Shown here piece by piece: positions 50,261 through 59,672 of a stretch of 64,000 nucleotides of DNA. The notes beneath the pieces are model-generated. The model was not told where the DNA came from. It worked only from the letters and a program-made list of their open reading frames with translations, and did not search any database. The translations under genes and the position numbers were made by a program. Position 1 is the stretch's first letter. Each line of letters opens with the position of its first letter. Origin of the DNA: Candidatus Nanopelagicales bacterium (GTDB lineage: Bacteria; Actinomycetota; Actinomycetes; S36-B12; UBA5976). Where the stretch lies: positions 40,010 through 104,009 of the forward strand of contig JBIISC010000001.1 in NCBI GenBank assembly GCA_044341215.1, read 5' to 3'.

Positions 50261-50738
50261 AATCTTCAGGCTTCAGATTCTCTAAAAAGTCCTTGAATGC
50301 GGCAATCTCTGATTCAGAGCTAGTTTTGTTGCTATCGATATCAATTTCAGGCACCATGCCTGCGCGGTCAAACACTTCTTCCGACACCAAAATCGGGCAA
50401 TCTGTTCGGACTGCCAACGCCACCCCATCACTTGGACGGCATTCAACCGTAGATCCATCACTGAGAACTAGTTCTGCCAGGTAGATTCCATCTGAAATCT
50501 CATTGATGCGAACTGTTACCAAGCTCATGTTGAGAGTTTTCAAGACATTAACAATAAGATCGTGAGTCATTGGCCTTGGGGGTACAGCCTCCTGTTGAGC
50601 CATGGCAATTGCGCCCGCCTCAACGGCCCCAATCCAGATCTCTATCACTCGACCTTGAGTTGAGAGTTCTTTCAATAGTAAAACTGGAGCCGCTGCTCCT
50701 TCATCAATACGTATCCCGAGGACTTCCACAGTTAACAC
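50256..50738 (-). CDS. Bifunctional nuclease family protein (DUF151)
   Basis: DUF151-like core (VLLLKE....R...IWIG..EA.AIA ... RP.THDL). I trimmed the start to the GTG at 50738; the track ORF start at 50795 would overlap the upstream MerR gene by 50 nt. Confidence 0.75.
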   Translation of the reverse strand: MLTVEVLGIRIDEGAAAPVLLLKELSTQGRVIEIWIGAVEAGAIAMAQQEAVPPRPMTHDLIVNVLKTLNMSLVTVRINEISDGIYLAELVLSDGSTVECRPSDGVALAVRTDCPILVSEEVFDRAGMVPEIDIDSNKTSSESEIAAFKDFLENLKPEDF

Positions 50739-50745
50739 TGGCGGA

Positions 50746-51459
50746 CTAATCCATCTTGGATAAACCGGCGCGAACCAAACTTGAATGCAACCCAACTGAA
50801 AGTGCCGCCATATCTCGAGCCACGTCTTGTGCCTGTTGCGCTAATTCTGGGTCTTTTTGATGTGCCAATGTAGAAACAACTTGAGTAATCAGACCTAATT
50901 CACGGTCCGCAGCGATTTTGAATGGTCGCAAATGTCGTGCTTCAATTCCATATTTCTCAAGCGCGACGATGGACTTTAGGATTGCTACATCGTCGGCTGT
51001 GAAAGCTTGTGCGTTGGCGTCAATCAATCCGAATTCTTTAGCCTGATCAAGTTGGCCTTTTTCGGCATTGGCAGCTTCAAGAATCTCAACACTAGTTAGC
51101 CGAAGAGGGGCATTTTGCAAAAAGTCCTGTGCGGTGGGTAACGAATCGACCGACACCAGAGCACGAGGAGACACTTTGTTGATTTCGTCTGGCTCCAAAC
51201 CTCTGTCTAGAGCATCTAAACGATCTTTAATTACTCGCAAAGGCATGTACTGATCTCGCTGCAACGACAACACGTAGCGAAGACGCGCAATATCCGCATG
51301 GGAGTATTTTCGATAACCGGAAGCGGTTCTTTGTGGTTCAACCAAACCTTCGGTTTCTAGGAACCGAATTTTTGAGATTGAGATATCAGCAAATTCAGGT
51401 TTCAAATACTTGAGAACATCGCCGATGCTCAAGAGTTGTTGTGGTTGAAGTGCACTCAC
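50746..51459 (-). CDS. MerR family transcriptional regulator (Rv1828-like)
   Basis: MerR HTH LSIGDVLKYLKPEFADISISKIRFLETEGLVEPQRTASGYRKYS; 237 aa. Confidence 0.8.
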   Translation of the reverse strand: MSALQPQQLLSIGDVLKYLKPEFADISISKIRFLETEGLVEPQRTASGYRKYSHADIARLRYVLSLQRDQYMPLRVIKDRLDALDRGLEPDEINKVSPRALVSVDSLPTAQDFLQNAPLRLTSVEILEAANAEKGQLDQAKEFGLIDANAQAFTADDVAILKSIVALEKYGIEARHLRPFKIAADRELGLITQVVSTLAHQKDPELAQQAQDVARDMAALSVGLHSSLVRAGLSKMD

Positions 51460-51911
51460 TTTTTACTCGCTTCGTAGAAACTAAAACGGAATTTACCAAT
51501 CTGAATTTCGTCACCTGTTTTAATGCCGGTAGGAACGTCGATTAAAACTTTGTTCACATAGCAGCCATTCAATGATCCAAGATCTGTTAGCTGCCAAGCA
51601 TCTTCAAGTTTTTCGATAATCGCGTGTTTGCGACTAACTGTGATGTCGTCCAAGAACAATGAGTTGTCGTCAGTTCGGCCAACTTCGATTTTGTCTGAAT
51701 CTAAAGTCCAGATCTCACCAGAATTTGGACCCCGGAGCACCACAAGCGCAGCCTTCCCAATAGGAATATCGGTAACGTTCACAAAATGATGAGGTTCTTC
51801 AATGCTGTTATCTGGTGAAATCGAAGTGGTCGAATCAAGACCGGTTGCATCATGATTGCAGTTTGAACATTGTTGAGTCTGGGTTGGCTCGCCACAGTTT
51901 TTGCAAATCAT
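51456..51911 (-). CDS. garA: FHA-domain regulator of the GarA/OdhI type with an N-terminal CxxC-x8-CxxC zinc ribbon
   Basis: FHA core VGRTDDNSLFLDDITVSRKHAII...LTDLGSLNGCYVN...GDEIQIGKFRFSF. The N-terminus is MICKNCGEPTQTQQCSNCNH, followed by DSTTS. Confidence 0.8.
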   Translation of the reverse strand: MICKNCGEPTQTQQCSNCNHDATGLDSTTSISPDNSIEEPHHFVNVTDIPIGKAALVVLRGPNSGEIWTLDSDKIEVGRTDDNSLFLDDITVSRKHAIIEKLEDAWQLTDLGSLNGCYVNKVLIDVPTGIKTGDEIQIGKFRFSFYEASKK

Positions 51912-51960
51912 TAGGTAAGCCTAAAAACAAGTGACGAAAGGGTCAACCTTGGGGTTAGGT

Positions 51961-52347
51961 TTAGGAAGCTGAGGTAATGGCCAAGTATTCGTCAGCGGTC
52001 AAAAGCCCGGTTAGCGCTGAAGTCTCCACCTCTACTTGCGCAATCCAACCGTTTCCGTATGGATCTTGGTTGATTGTTTCAGGCGAGGTCTCAACCAAGT
52101 CATTTACGGCACTAATGCGACCAGAAACTGGTGCATAAATGTCTGAGACTGATTTCGTGCTTTCCACTTCGCCACAACTCTCGCCTAAAGCAATCTCATC
52201 CCCTACTGCTGGCAAAGTTACGAAAACAATGTCTCCTAGTGCCTCCTGAGCGAAATCTGTGATTCCAAATCGGATGCTATTTCCATCAACAATTTGCACC
52301 CATTCATGTTCCTTGGTGTAGCTCAGGTTGCCAGGCACTTTTGACAT
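51961..52347 (-). CDS. gcvH: Glycine cleavage system H protein
   Basis: Lipoyl-lysine motif VESTKSVSDIYAP; 128 aa. Confidence 0.93.
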   Translation of the reverse strand: MSKVPGNLSYTKEHEWVQIVDGNSIRFGITDFAQEALGDIVFVTLPAVGDEIALGESCGEVESTKSVSDIYAPVSGRISAVNDLVETSPETINQDPYGNGWIAQVEVETSALTGLLTADEYLAITSAS

Positions 52348-52374
52348 TGTTCCTCCTAAAAGATTTGGATAATC

Positions 52375-52917
52375 CTAATTGGCATCAAGTTGCCGCATTT
52401 GATTGCGGTACAAAAAGCCAGCAACCCAATAAGTACCGATTCCCCACCACAGGAACGCGTTTCCCAAATAATTGAAGAAACCCGCGTATGCAAAGTCGAG
52501 ATTTCCTAAAAATATTGCCGGTAGCGAATAGAGCAAAAGCAATGTTCCGGCTTTCCCTACGTAATGAACCTTTGGTGGCTCGAAACCAAGTTTGCGATTT
52601 CGCATTTGCAAACGAGCCAACCACACTTCTCGAGCAAGGATTAGGACTACTGCAATTAATGGCAACAAACCTCGAGCCAATAGAACTCCGATTGCTGTCA
52701 AGATATATAAACGATCTGCAACAGGGTCTAAAACTTCGCCCAATTTGGAGAATTGATTCAGTTTCCGTGCAAGAAATCCATCTAACCAGTCGGTAAAACT
52801 GGCCACTGCAAATACCCAAAAAGCGACCAGATCGTTTTGTTCATATAGACCGTAATAGATAAGTAAGGGTATGCCAGCCAACCTAGTAAAAGAAATAATA
52901 TTTGGAATTGTCCACAT
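52375..52917 (-). CDS. pgsA: CDP-alcohol phosphatidyltransferase (PgsA-like)
   Basis: Signature DGFLARK(x8)G(x3)DPVADR. Confidence 0.85.
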   Translation of the reverse strand: MWTIPNIISFTRLAGIPLLIYYGLYEQNDLVAFWVFAVASFTDWLDGFLARKLNQFSKLGEVLDPVADRLYILTAIGVLLARGLLPLIAVVLILAREVWLARLQMRNRKLGFEPPKVHYVGKAGTLLLLYSLPAIFLGNLDFAYAGFFNYLGNAFLWWGIGTYWVAGFLYRNQMRQLDAN

Positions 52918-52955
52918 CTATTACTCCTTCCTTTTGTTGAACAACAAAGGGATAG

Positions 52956-54392
52956 CTAGGTCTTTTTCTTCGAGCGTATGCGCATTTGTATTCGGATTGG
53001 AGTTCCCGTGAAATCGAAATCTTCGCGTAGACGCCTTTCGATAAATCTACGATATCCAGGATCTATGAAGCCACTGGTGAAAAGCACAAACGTTGGTGGG
53101 CGTACTCCAGCTTGCGTAACAAAAAGAATCTTCGGCTGCTTGCCGCTTCGCACTGGGTGAGGATGAGCGGCAACCAGTTCACCCATGAATTGATTTAACT
53201 TACCTGTTGGAATCCGGCGATTCCAATTCTCGAGTGCAGTTCGAACATGTCCAGCAATTTTTTGCACATTTCGACCAGTGGTTGCTGCAACATTGGCTCT
53301 TGGAGCCCAATCAATTTGTTGTAAGTCGTTTGAAATTTCTCGTTCCAAATAGAACTGTCGCTCTTCATCTAGTAAATCCCACTTATTTAGCAACAGAACT
53401 AAAGCTCTACCTGAATCGACAACCATTGAAAGAATTCTTTGATCTTGCTCTGTGATAATTTCCGAAGAATCAATCAGCATCAAAATCACTTCCGCTCTTT
53501 CAATCGCTGCCTTGGTTCTAAGAACTGCGTAATACTCGTGGCCGGATGCTTCGTCGAATCGTTTTCGGATTCCAGCAGTATCGACGATAAGCCAGTCTTC
53601 CCCATCAATTTGTACAACCTCATCGACTGGATCAACGGTTGTGCCAGCAACTTCATCAACAACAACTCGATTTTCGCCAGCTAGCCTGTTTAGGAGCGAA
53701 GATTTACCTACGTTTGGTTTTCCAATAAGCGCAATTCGATGTAAACGCGAGCGCGTTTTATTCACTGGCTCAATGTCGGCGAATTTATTAACTATTTCGT
53801 CCAGCAAGTCGCCACTACCTCGACCATGCAAAGAACTCACCGCAAATGGCTGCCCAAGCCCCAAATTCCACAATGCAGTCGATTCGTTTTCAGTTCGTTG
53901 GTCATCAACTTTGTTTGCCACCAAGATGACTGGTTTTTTAGCTCGGCGGCAAATTTTGATTACAGCCTCATCGTCATTGGTCGAACCAACTGTTGCATCA
54001 ACAACAAGAACGACTATGTCGGCCATTTGCACAGCTATTTCTGCTTGGGCAGCAATTTGTGCTCCCAATCCTTTAGCATCAATTTCGTAACCGCCCGTGT
54101 CAATAAGTTTGAAATATTTACCGTTCCACTCAGCATCGTAGAAAACGCGATCACGAGTAACGCCAGGCACATCTTCAACAACAGCTTCCCTGCGGCCGAT
54201 GATTCGATTCACAAGTGTTGATTTACCTACGTTAGGCCTTCCAACAATTGCGACTACCGGAACTAATTCGTTTGCATGATCCGAGTCGTCGTAACCAAAT
54301 TCAAAATCTATTTCAGTGATTGCATTTATTGCATCTTCATCTGAGAGTTCTTCTGGTACTTCCCACTCTTCATAATCTGTTTCTTCATTCAT
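52956..54392 (-). CDS. der: Ribosome-associated GTPase Der/EngA
   Basis: Two G domains ([20 protein letters not shown]) plus a KH-like C-terminus. About 45 aa of acidic N-terminal extension. Confidence 0.93.
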   Translation of the reverse strand: MNEETDYEEWEVPEELSDEDAINAITEIDFEFGYDDSDHANELVPVVAIVGRPNVGKSTLVNRIIGRREAVVEDVPGVTRDRVFYDAEWNGKYFKLIDTGGYEIDAKGLGAQIAAQAEIAVQMADIVVLVVDATVGSTNDDEAVIKICRRAKKPVILVANKVDDQRTENESTALWNLGLGQPFAVSSLHGRGSGDLLDEIVNKFADIEPVNKTRSRLHRIALIGKPNVGKSSLLNRLAGENRVVVDEVAGTTVDPVDEVVQIDGEDWLIVDTAGIRKRFDEASGHEYYAVLRTKAAIERAEVILMLIDSSEIITEQDQRILSMVVDSGRALVLLLNKWDLLDEERQFYLEREISNDLQQIDWAPRANVAATTGRNVQKIAGHVRTALENWNRRIPTGKLNQFMGELVAAHPHPVRSGKQPKILFVTQAGVRPPTFVLFTSGFIDPGYRRFIERRLREDFDFTGTPIRIQMRIRSKKKT

Positions 54393-55057
54393 TGGGCCAC
54401 CTCATCTGTGGGCAGTGGGTTGGCAACTTCTTGGGCAATAAACAAAAGCTGCTTTTGCAATCTTTGACGTAGACGTTCTCCCGCAATTGAAATCTCTTTT
54501 CGATTTGTATCGGAGAAATTTGAACCGTACACATCCATGGCTGCTACTGGTTCCCCTACCACCACCTCAATTAGAGATTTATATGGCGGAATCCAGCCTT
54601 TTGACTTACCAGTGAGTCTAGTTCCAAAGATGAATACGGGGATGAAATCAGCCCGCTGTTTTGCGTTTAAAACAATTACGCCATCCTTCAACCAGGAATA
54701 GTCGCCTTTGCACCGCGTGCCTTCCGGGAAAAGGCCAATATCAATGCCCTCTTGTAACTTTGTGCGAGATTTTTCGATCGCCCAATAATCAGCGTCTTTC
54801 CAATCTGTCTCAATAGCGCCACCAGATTCAAGTAGAGATCGGCTGAACCTGTTGAAAACTTCGATTTTAGTCAAAACAGCGATCGGTCGCTTGGTTGCAA
54901 AAAACAACATAAAACCATCCATGAAACCTGAATGATTTGCGACCAATACAAGCGGCTTTTCTGTTTTAGGTATTTCGCCAGACACTCGGATATCAAAATA
55001 TGAACTCAATACTGCTCGACCAAAATTCTGAATTGTCATTGCTAGATTAATTTTCAT
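54389..55057 (-). CDS. plsC: 1-acyl-sn-glycerol-3-phosphate acyltransferase
   Basis: HX4D motif NHSGFMDG and the FPEGTR motif. Confidence 0.85.
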   Translation of the reverse strand: MKINLAMTIQNFGRAVLSSYFDIRVSGEIPKTEKPLVLVANHSGFMDGFMLFFATKRPIAVLTKIEVFNRFSRSLLESGGAIETDWKDADYWAIEKSRTKLQEGIDIGLFPEGTRCKGDYSWLKDGVIVLNAKQRADFIPVFIFGTRLTGKSKGWIPPYKSLIEVVVGEPVAAMDVYGSNFSDTNRKEISIAGERLRQRLQKQLLFIAQEVANPLPTDEVAQ

Positions 55058-55719
55058 TGCAATTCGGTAATCTTTTCGATCATTATTTCAACTACTTGCG
55101 ATGGATCTAAATCGCTTGCGTCGATCAGTATCGCATCGACGGCTTGAATTAGCGGGGATACTTCTCTAGAGCTATCTTGTTGGTCGCGCATTTCGATCGC
55201 AGAAGCAATATCTTCGACTTCTCCTCCAACCTCTAGAGCTCTACGTTCCGCACGTCTTTGTGGGTCTGCCGTGAGAAAAAATTTAATTGACGCATTAGGC
55301 AAAACAGTTGTGCCAATATCTCTACCTTCAAGGATCACACTTTTACCTTCAAGAATTTCATGTGCGACAAATTCTTGTTGTTTCGTTACAGCTATCTTTC
55401 TAACACCGCCATCGGCAGCAACCTTCGAAACGTGGGCTGTTACTTCAACAGATCGAATGTCACTTGTTATATCTAAGCCATCGCATTCAACCAGCATTTT
55501 GCCCGTCGTCATATCGAATTCAAAAATATGATTACTTATGTTTACAGAAAGATCAAATCCATAACTATTCTTTATGTCAAGCCAAGCGAACGCTCGATAC
55601 ATCGCGCCCGTGTCTAGAATTTCGAACTGCATGGCTTCTGCCAACATGCGGCTAACCGTTGATTTACCAGCACCAGCTGGACCGTCTATTGCAATGCTGA
55701 TTGGTTTACTTTTCGACAC
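55054..55719 (-). CDS. cmk: Cytidylate kinase
   Basis: P-loop IAIDGPAGAGKSTV; 221 aa. Confidence 0.92.
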   Translation of the reverse strand: MSKSKPISIAIDGPAGAGKSTVSRMLAEAMQFEILDTGAMYRAFAWLDIKNSYGFDLSVNISNHIFEFDMTTGKMLVECDGLDITSDIRSVEVTAHVSKVAADGGVRKIAVTKQQEFVAHEILEGKSVILEGRDIGTTVLPNASIKFFLTADPQRRAERRALEVGGEVEDIASAIEMRDQQDSSREVSPLIQAVDAILIDASDLDPSQVVEIMIEKITELQ

Positions 55720-55728
55720 GTCAAAAGC

Positions 55729-56793
55729 CTAATCTGCAATGTTTGTTGCGCGCAGTTTCCAGCCGTCAGTTACCAAGGCTTTTTGTAGAACTTGTACCTG
55801 ATCATTCAACACAGACAGTTCAATTATTGCAACCTGTTTACCCAAAGCATGATCAATCCGAACATCTTCTATGTTCACGTTTGCAATGCCGGCAGTTGCA
55901 AAAATTCCAGCAAGTTGACCTGGTTTGTCATCAATTTCGATAGAAATGTTCTGAAATATTTGAGGAACTCCACCGTGTTTACCCGGAATTTTAGATTTGC
56001 CGAGGTTGCCGAGTGAAAATTGCTCAACGATTTCAGATTTAGATTCATTAGAAATATAACTCTTCATGTTTTCTAATTCAACAATCGTATTTTCGATGGC
56101 AGAAATTACATTGGTTTTGTTTGCAATAAGAATTTCATTCCACAAATCTCCTGCAGACGATGCGATTCTTGTTAGATCTCGCAAGCCCTGGCCACTAACC
56201 GTCAAGGAATCAACCGAAAGATTGTTGAGTTGCTTAGCTAAAACTGTTGCCAAAATTTGTGGCAAATGACTTGTTAACGCAACTGCTTTGTCGTGAACGT
56301 CACCAGCCATGGTCACTGCAATTGCCCCACAGTCCAACACAACTTGCTCTACCCGCTGCAAATGCTCCGCTTTTGTTTCTAGTTGAGGCGAAACAATCCA
56401 CAAACGGTCTTTGAAAAGATCGTAGGTTGCATTCTCATACCCACTATTTTCTTTACCTGCCATGGGATGGGTCGAAACCCAATTTTCAATTTTCACATTA
56501 TTTGAATCAACATCAACTGAAGGTTCAAACATAACTGAAGCAACATCTATCAATGTGGCATTGGGAAACGATCGATTGCACTCCTTTATGACTTGCCCTA
56601 CAGCTGCTGGTGGCACTGCCACAATCACTACATCAGGATCGTCCATCAAACTTGAGGCGAGCTTTAAAAAGATGCGCGCCTTTGACTCTACGGCCTTTGA
56701 AACGTCTTCTAGGCACACTTCGTGTCCGGAATTGTTCAAAGCCAGTCCAATAGAGCCACCAATCAGTCCAGCTCCGCGAATTAGTACCTTCAT
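55729..56793 (-). CDS. tyrA: Prephenate dehydrogenase with C-terminal ACT-like domain
   Basis: Rossmann N-terminus (VLIRGAGLIGGSIG) and the HPMAG motif. Confidence 0.85.
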   Translation of the reverse strand: MKVLIRGAGLIGGSIGLALNNSGHEVCLEDVSKAVESKARIFLKLASSLMDDPDVVIVAVPPAAVGQVIKECNRSFPNATLIDVASVMFEPSVDVDSNNVKIENWVSTHPMAGKENSGYENATYDLFKDRLWIVSPQLETKAEHLQRVEQVVLDCGAIAVTMAGDVHDKAVALTSHLPQILATVLAKQLNNLSVDSLTVSGQGLRDLTRIASSAGDLWNEILIANKTNVISAIENTIVELENMKSYISNESKSEIVEQFSLGNLGKSKIPGKHGGVPQIFQNISIEIDDKPGQLAGIFATAGIANVNIEDVRIDHALGKQVAIIELSVLNDQVQVLQKALVTDGWKLRATNIAD

Positions 56794-57158
56794 TGCGCTA
56801 AATCCCGCCTCAGCACTTCTGCCCCACGTAGATACACATGGTGAATGTCTGACAACTTACTATCGCTGTGGAAGGTAATGAGCGCACGAATGGTCAATGG
56901 CAGAGAATCTTGAATGTCTAACTCGACTGCGCAGATAAGCGGAACATCCCCCAGTCCCAGGTCCCGCGCTGAGGCAGCTGGGAATCTTGAATGAATATCC
57001 GGGGTGCACGTGAAAAGAATCGATATAAGGTCCTCATGGTCGACTGAGTTGCGAACTAGCATCTCTCTAACCATTTCAATGGTCGCCGAATCCACTTCTT
57101 CGGAACTGTCGCTAGTTACACGGGTGGCGCCTCGGATGGCGCGAGCACGGGATGTCAT
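56790..57158 (-). CDS. aroH: Chorismate mutase, AroH class
   Basis: N-terminal RAIRGATRV motif; 122 aa. Overlaps tyrA by 4 nt. Confidence 0.82.
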   Translation of the reverse strand: MTSRARAIRGATRVTSDSSEEVDSATIEMVREMLVRNSVDHEDLISILFTCTPDIHSRFPAASARDLGLGDVPLICAVELDIQDSLPLTIRALITFHSDSKLSDIHHVYLRGAEVLRRDLAQ

Positions 57159-57213
57159 CCACCTAGTTTAGTCGAAAGCAGAGCTTGATTCCTCTATAAC
57201 TCTTTAAATTTAT

Positions 57214-57379
57214 GTAGATAAAATAATAAAAATAGAAATTAATAAATTACCAGCATTGCAAAATCTACGGATAGCAAATGTTGGTTTGTAGATTTATCGC
57301 AGAGCCGAAATCAATTTTTGAAGTCGACAAATAGTGACAATATTTAGATAGATTTTAATTAATTTATAATTTTATCTAC
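57214..57379. repeat. 166-bp AT-rich unit bounded by a perfect 11-nt inverted repeat and flanked by TTAT direct repeats
   Basis: GTAGATAAAAT lies at 57214-57224 and its exact reverse complement at 57369-57379. TTAT occurs at 57210-57213 and 57380-57383. Internal GTAGAT copies are at 57263-57268 (minus strand) and 57288-57293 (plus strand). Confidence 0.35.
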
Positions 57380-57382
57380 TTA

Positions 57383-58102
57383 TTAACAATCAAAATCCTG
57401 TGACAGGCTTTTGATCTCAATGTCAGTCAACTCGCGAGTCTGTCCAGGAGCCAAACTATCGAGGCCTAGACCTCCTATATGGGTACGTATTAAACGCTCC
57501 ACTGGGTGCCCAACTGCCGAGAACATTCGTCGAACTATTCGGTTGCGCCCGCTATGGATTACAACCTCAATAAGGCTGCTATCCGGCGAACTTCCCTTGA
57601 GAATCGCCCGATCGCATTTGATCGGACCATCCTCAAGTTCCACGCCATCCAAGAGCTGACGGATGATTCTTGGTTCAACTTTCCCAGTGACTTTTGCCAT
57701 GTAGGTCTTTCGGACTTCATATTTGGGGTGAGATAGTCGCTGAGCTAGATCTCCATCATTCGTGAGGATAATCAAGCCTTCAGTCATCTCGTCCAATCTA
57801 CCTACATGGAAGAGCCGTTCAGTAAAGTCCTCTAAAAAATGCCCTAAATGTCGCTTTTCAGGATCAGACATAGCGCTGACAACCCCCGTCGGCTTGTTAA
57901 GCGCCACTACAAGAATGTGTTCTCGCTTGAGTAAAAGAACCCCGTCAACCCGAATTTCGTCTGTCACACTCGCGCGCGTGCCTAATTCAGTAACTATTTG
58001 GCCATTTAGAGTCACTCGTCCACCAGAAATCAGGATTTCGCAATATCGTCTGCTGCCAACACCAGATTCGGCCATTAATTTTTGCAGACGAATTTCATTC
58101 AT
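57383..58102 (-). CDS. rluB: 23S rRNA pseudouridine synthase (RluB/RsuA family)
   Basis: S4 domain (RLQKLMAESGVGSRRYCE) and catalytic GRLDEMTEGLIILTNDG. Confidence 0.88.
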   Translation of the reverse strand: MNEIRLQKLMAESGVGSRRYCEILISGGRVTLNGQIVTELGTRASVTDEIRVDGVLLLKREHILVVALNKPTGVVSAMSDPEKRHLGHFLEDFTERLFHVGRLDEMTEGLIILTNDGDLAQRLSHPKYEVRKTYMAKVTGKVEPRIIRQLLDGVELEDGPIKCDRAILKGSSPDSSLIEVVIHSGRNRIVRRMFSAVGHPVERLIRTHIGGLGLDSLAPGQTRELTDIEIKSLSQDFDC

Positions 58103-58119
58103 TTGACTAAATATACACT

Positions 58120-58707
58120 TTAGAGTTCGTCAATATCAGTAAAATCTGCTGATATATCAGGTAGTAGTCCAGCAATTTCTGGCAAATCGGTGAGATTGCT
58201 GACGCCTAACTTCTCAAGAAAAAGCGTTGTGGTCCCGTAAAGAAGTGCTCCAGTGTCATGATCTGTCTTCACTATCTCAATCAATCCGCGATTTTCTAGA
58301 GTTTTGACCACGCCATCTACGTTGACCCCGCGAATGGCAGAGATTCTTGCCCTTGTTACTGGCTGCTTATACGCAACAACTGCGAGAGTCTCGAGCGAAG
58401 CTTGGGTAAGTCTCGCTACTTGGCCGTCTCTGACGTATCTTTCGATCCAAGCACCCAACTCAGGTTTCGTGTAGAACCGGTATCCACCTGCAACACTTCT
58501 GATTTCTATTCCAGACGATTCGGAATTGTATTTTTTGACCAAAGAATCGAATGCAGCATCAATTTTGTCCACAGTTAATCCCAGCGTGGATGCCAAGCTG
58601 AGTGATGTCAGTGGTTCATCGGAAATCAATAAAAGAGCTTCAACAAGGGCTTCAATATCGACATTCTCTTGTAATAATGTCTCATTCACCAAATTATTTT
58701 CAGTCAT
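58120..58707 (-). CDS. scpB: Segregation and condensation protein B
   Basis: ScpB-type tandem winged-helix sequence (ALLLISDEPL ... ISAIRGVNVDGVVKTLENRGLI). I trimmed the start to the ATG at 58707. Confidence 0.85.
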   Translation of the reverse strand: MTENNLVNETLLQENVDIEALVEALLLISDEPLTSLSLASTLGLTVDKIDAAFDSLVKKYNSESSGIEIRSVAGGYRFYTKPELGAWIERYVRDGQVARLTQASLETLAVVAYKQPVTRARISAIRGVNVDGVVKTLENRGLIEIVKTDHDTGALLYGTTTLFLEKLGVSNLTDLPEIAGLLPDISADFTDIDEL

Positions 58708-59545
58708 TTTTATCACTTTCTGTCTCGTCGATAAATTCTTCTGTTTCGATACTTTCAACATCGAGATCCTGTGAACCGATCCACCTAATAGTCAATTCGC
58801 CTAAAGCAACGCTCTGCTCAAATGAGATAAGTCTCTCGCGGTAGAGCTCAAGAACTGCGAGGAATCTGGCCACAATGACCATCGTGTGCTCGGCATCAGC
58901 TACAAGAGTTCGAAATGTGGTGATTTTTCGCCTTTTCAATGTCGCTGCTATTGCAATTGCCTGCTCACGCACACTCACCAGCGGATTATGAAGGTGAGTT
59001 AGGCCTATTTCAGGGGCTGCAGGCGCCGGAGCCATGGCTGAAATGGCGATAGATGCCAATTGCTCGGGGCTAATTGAGACCAGCACCTCAGGCAAGAGAG
59101 ACCTGTATGGCTCCTCAAGTGGCACATCTCGGTAGAAACGATGGGATTCAGCCTCCATCTCAGATGCAAAAATGGTAGCAACCTCTTTAAAAGCTTTGTA
59201 CTGCAATAAACGGGCAAAAAGGATGTCGCGAGCCTCTAGAACGGCTAAATCTTCCTCGTCCTCCACTTCCCCACTAGGAAGCAGCCTGGCAGCCTTGAGG
59301 TCTAACAGGGTGGCTGCGATCACTAAGAATTCAGTAGCTTCATTCAAATTCCAGTTGGCACCCTGGTCCTTAATATGAGCGATAAATTCATCGGTCACCT
59401 CGTGGAGTGCTAGAACCGTAACTTCAAGCTTTTGCTTTGAAATGAGGTGTAAAAGTAGGTCAAATGGACCTTCGAAATCTGCCAAACGCACGCGAAATTG
59501 ATTCGAAGGGTTCTCTTCGATTTCGATGGTGGGGCTAGAGGTCAC
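58700..59545 (-). CDS. scpA: Segregation and condensation protein A (kleisin)
   Basis: F.V.L.DFEGPFDLLLHLI motif. The start is uncertain: the GTG at 59545 is preferred over the TTG at 59596. Confidence 0.85.
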   Translation of the reverse strand: MTSSPTIEIEENPSNQFRVRLADFEGPFDLLLHLISKQKLEVTVLALHEVTDEFIAHIKDQGANWNLNEATEFLVIAATLLDLKAARLLPSGEVEDEEDLAVLEARDILFARLLQYKAFKEVATIFASEMEAESHRFYRDVPLEEPYRSLLPEVLVSISPEQLASIAISAMAPAPAAPEIGLTHLHNPLVSVREQAIAIAATLKRRKITTFRTLVADAEHTMVIVARFLAVLELYRERLISFEQSVALGELTIRWIGSQDLDVESIETEEFIDETESDKND

Positions 59546-59585
59546 GGGCGGACAATAGTTGCATCTGTCCAATTGGCGAACTCCC

Positions 59586-59599
59586 CTCTTGTGCAAGAG
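59586..59599. promoter_or_regulatory. 6-2-6 palindrome in the scpA / parA-like divergent region
   Basis: CTCTTG-tg-CAAGAG read directly from the sequence. Confidence 0.25.
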
Positions 59600-59672
59600 T
59601 CCAGCTCTGCCATACTCTCTACCTAGCGATACATCTAGAAGAATTTATAAAGAGAAAAGGTTTTATCGACAA

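Noticed and set aside
52385-52819. 144-aa same-strand alternative-frame ORF inside pgsA, and a 102-aa antisense ORF at 52488-52796.
   Set aside because: The CDP-alcohol phosphatidyltransferase signature is only in the 52375-52917 frame. The alternatives are Arg/Ser/Cys-rich with no domains.
53641-54090. 149-aa and 131-aa plus-strand ORFs opposite der.
   Set aside because: der has two intact GTPase domains on the minus strand. These are shadow ORFs.
57278-57334. 18-codon plus-strand ORF (MLVCRFIAEPKSIFEVDK) and a 22-codon minus-strand ORF in the AT-rich rluB-aroH spacer.
   Set aside because: They have no ribosome-binding site, are very short, and mirror each other. Nothing distinguishes them from chance ORFs, so the spacer is treated as non-coding.
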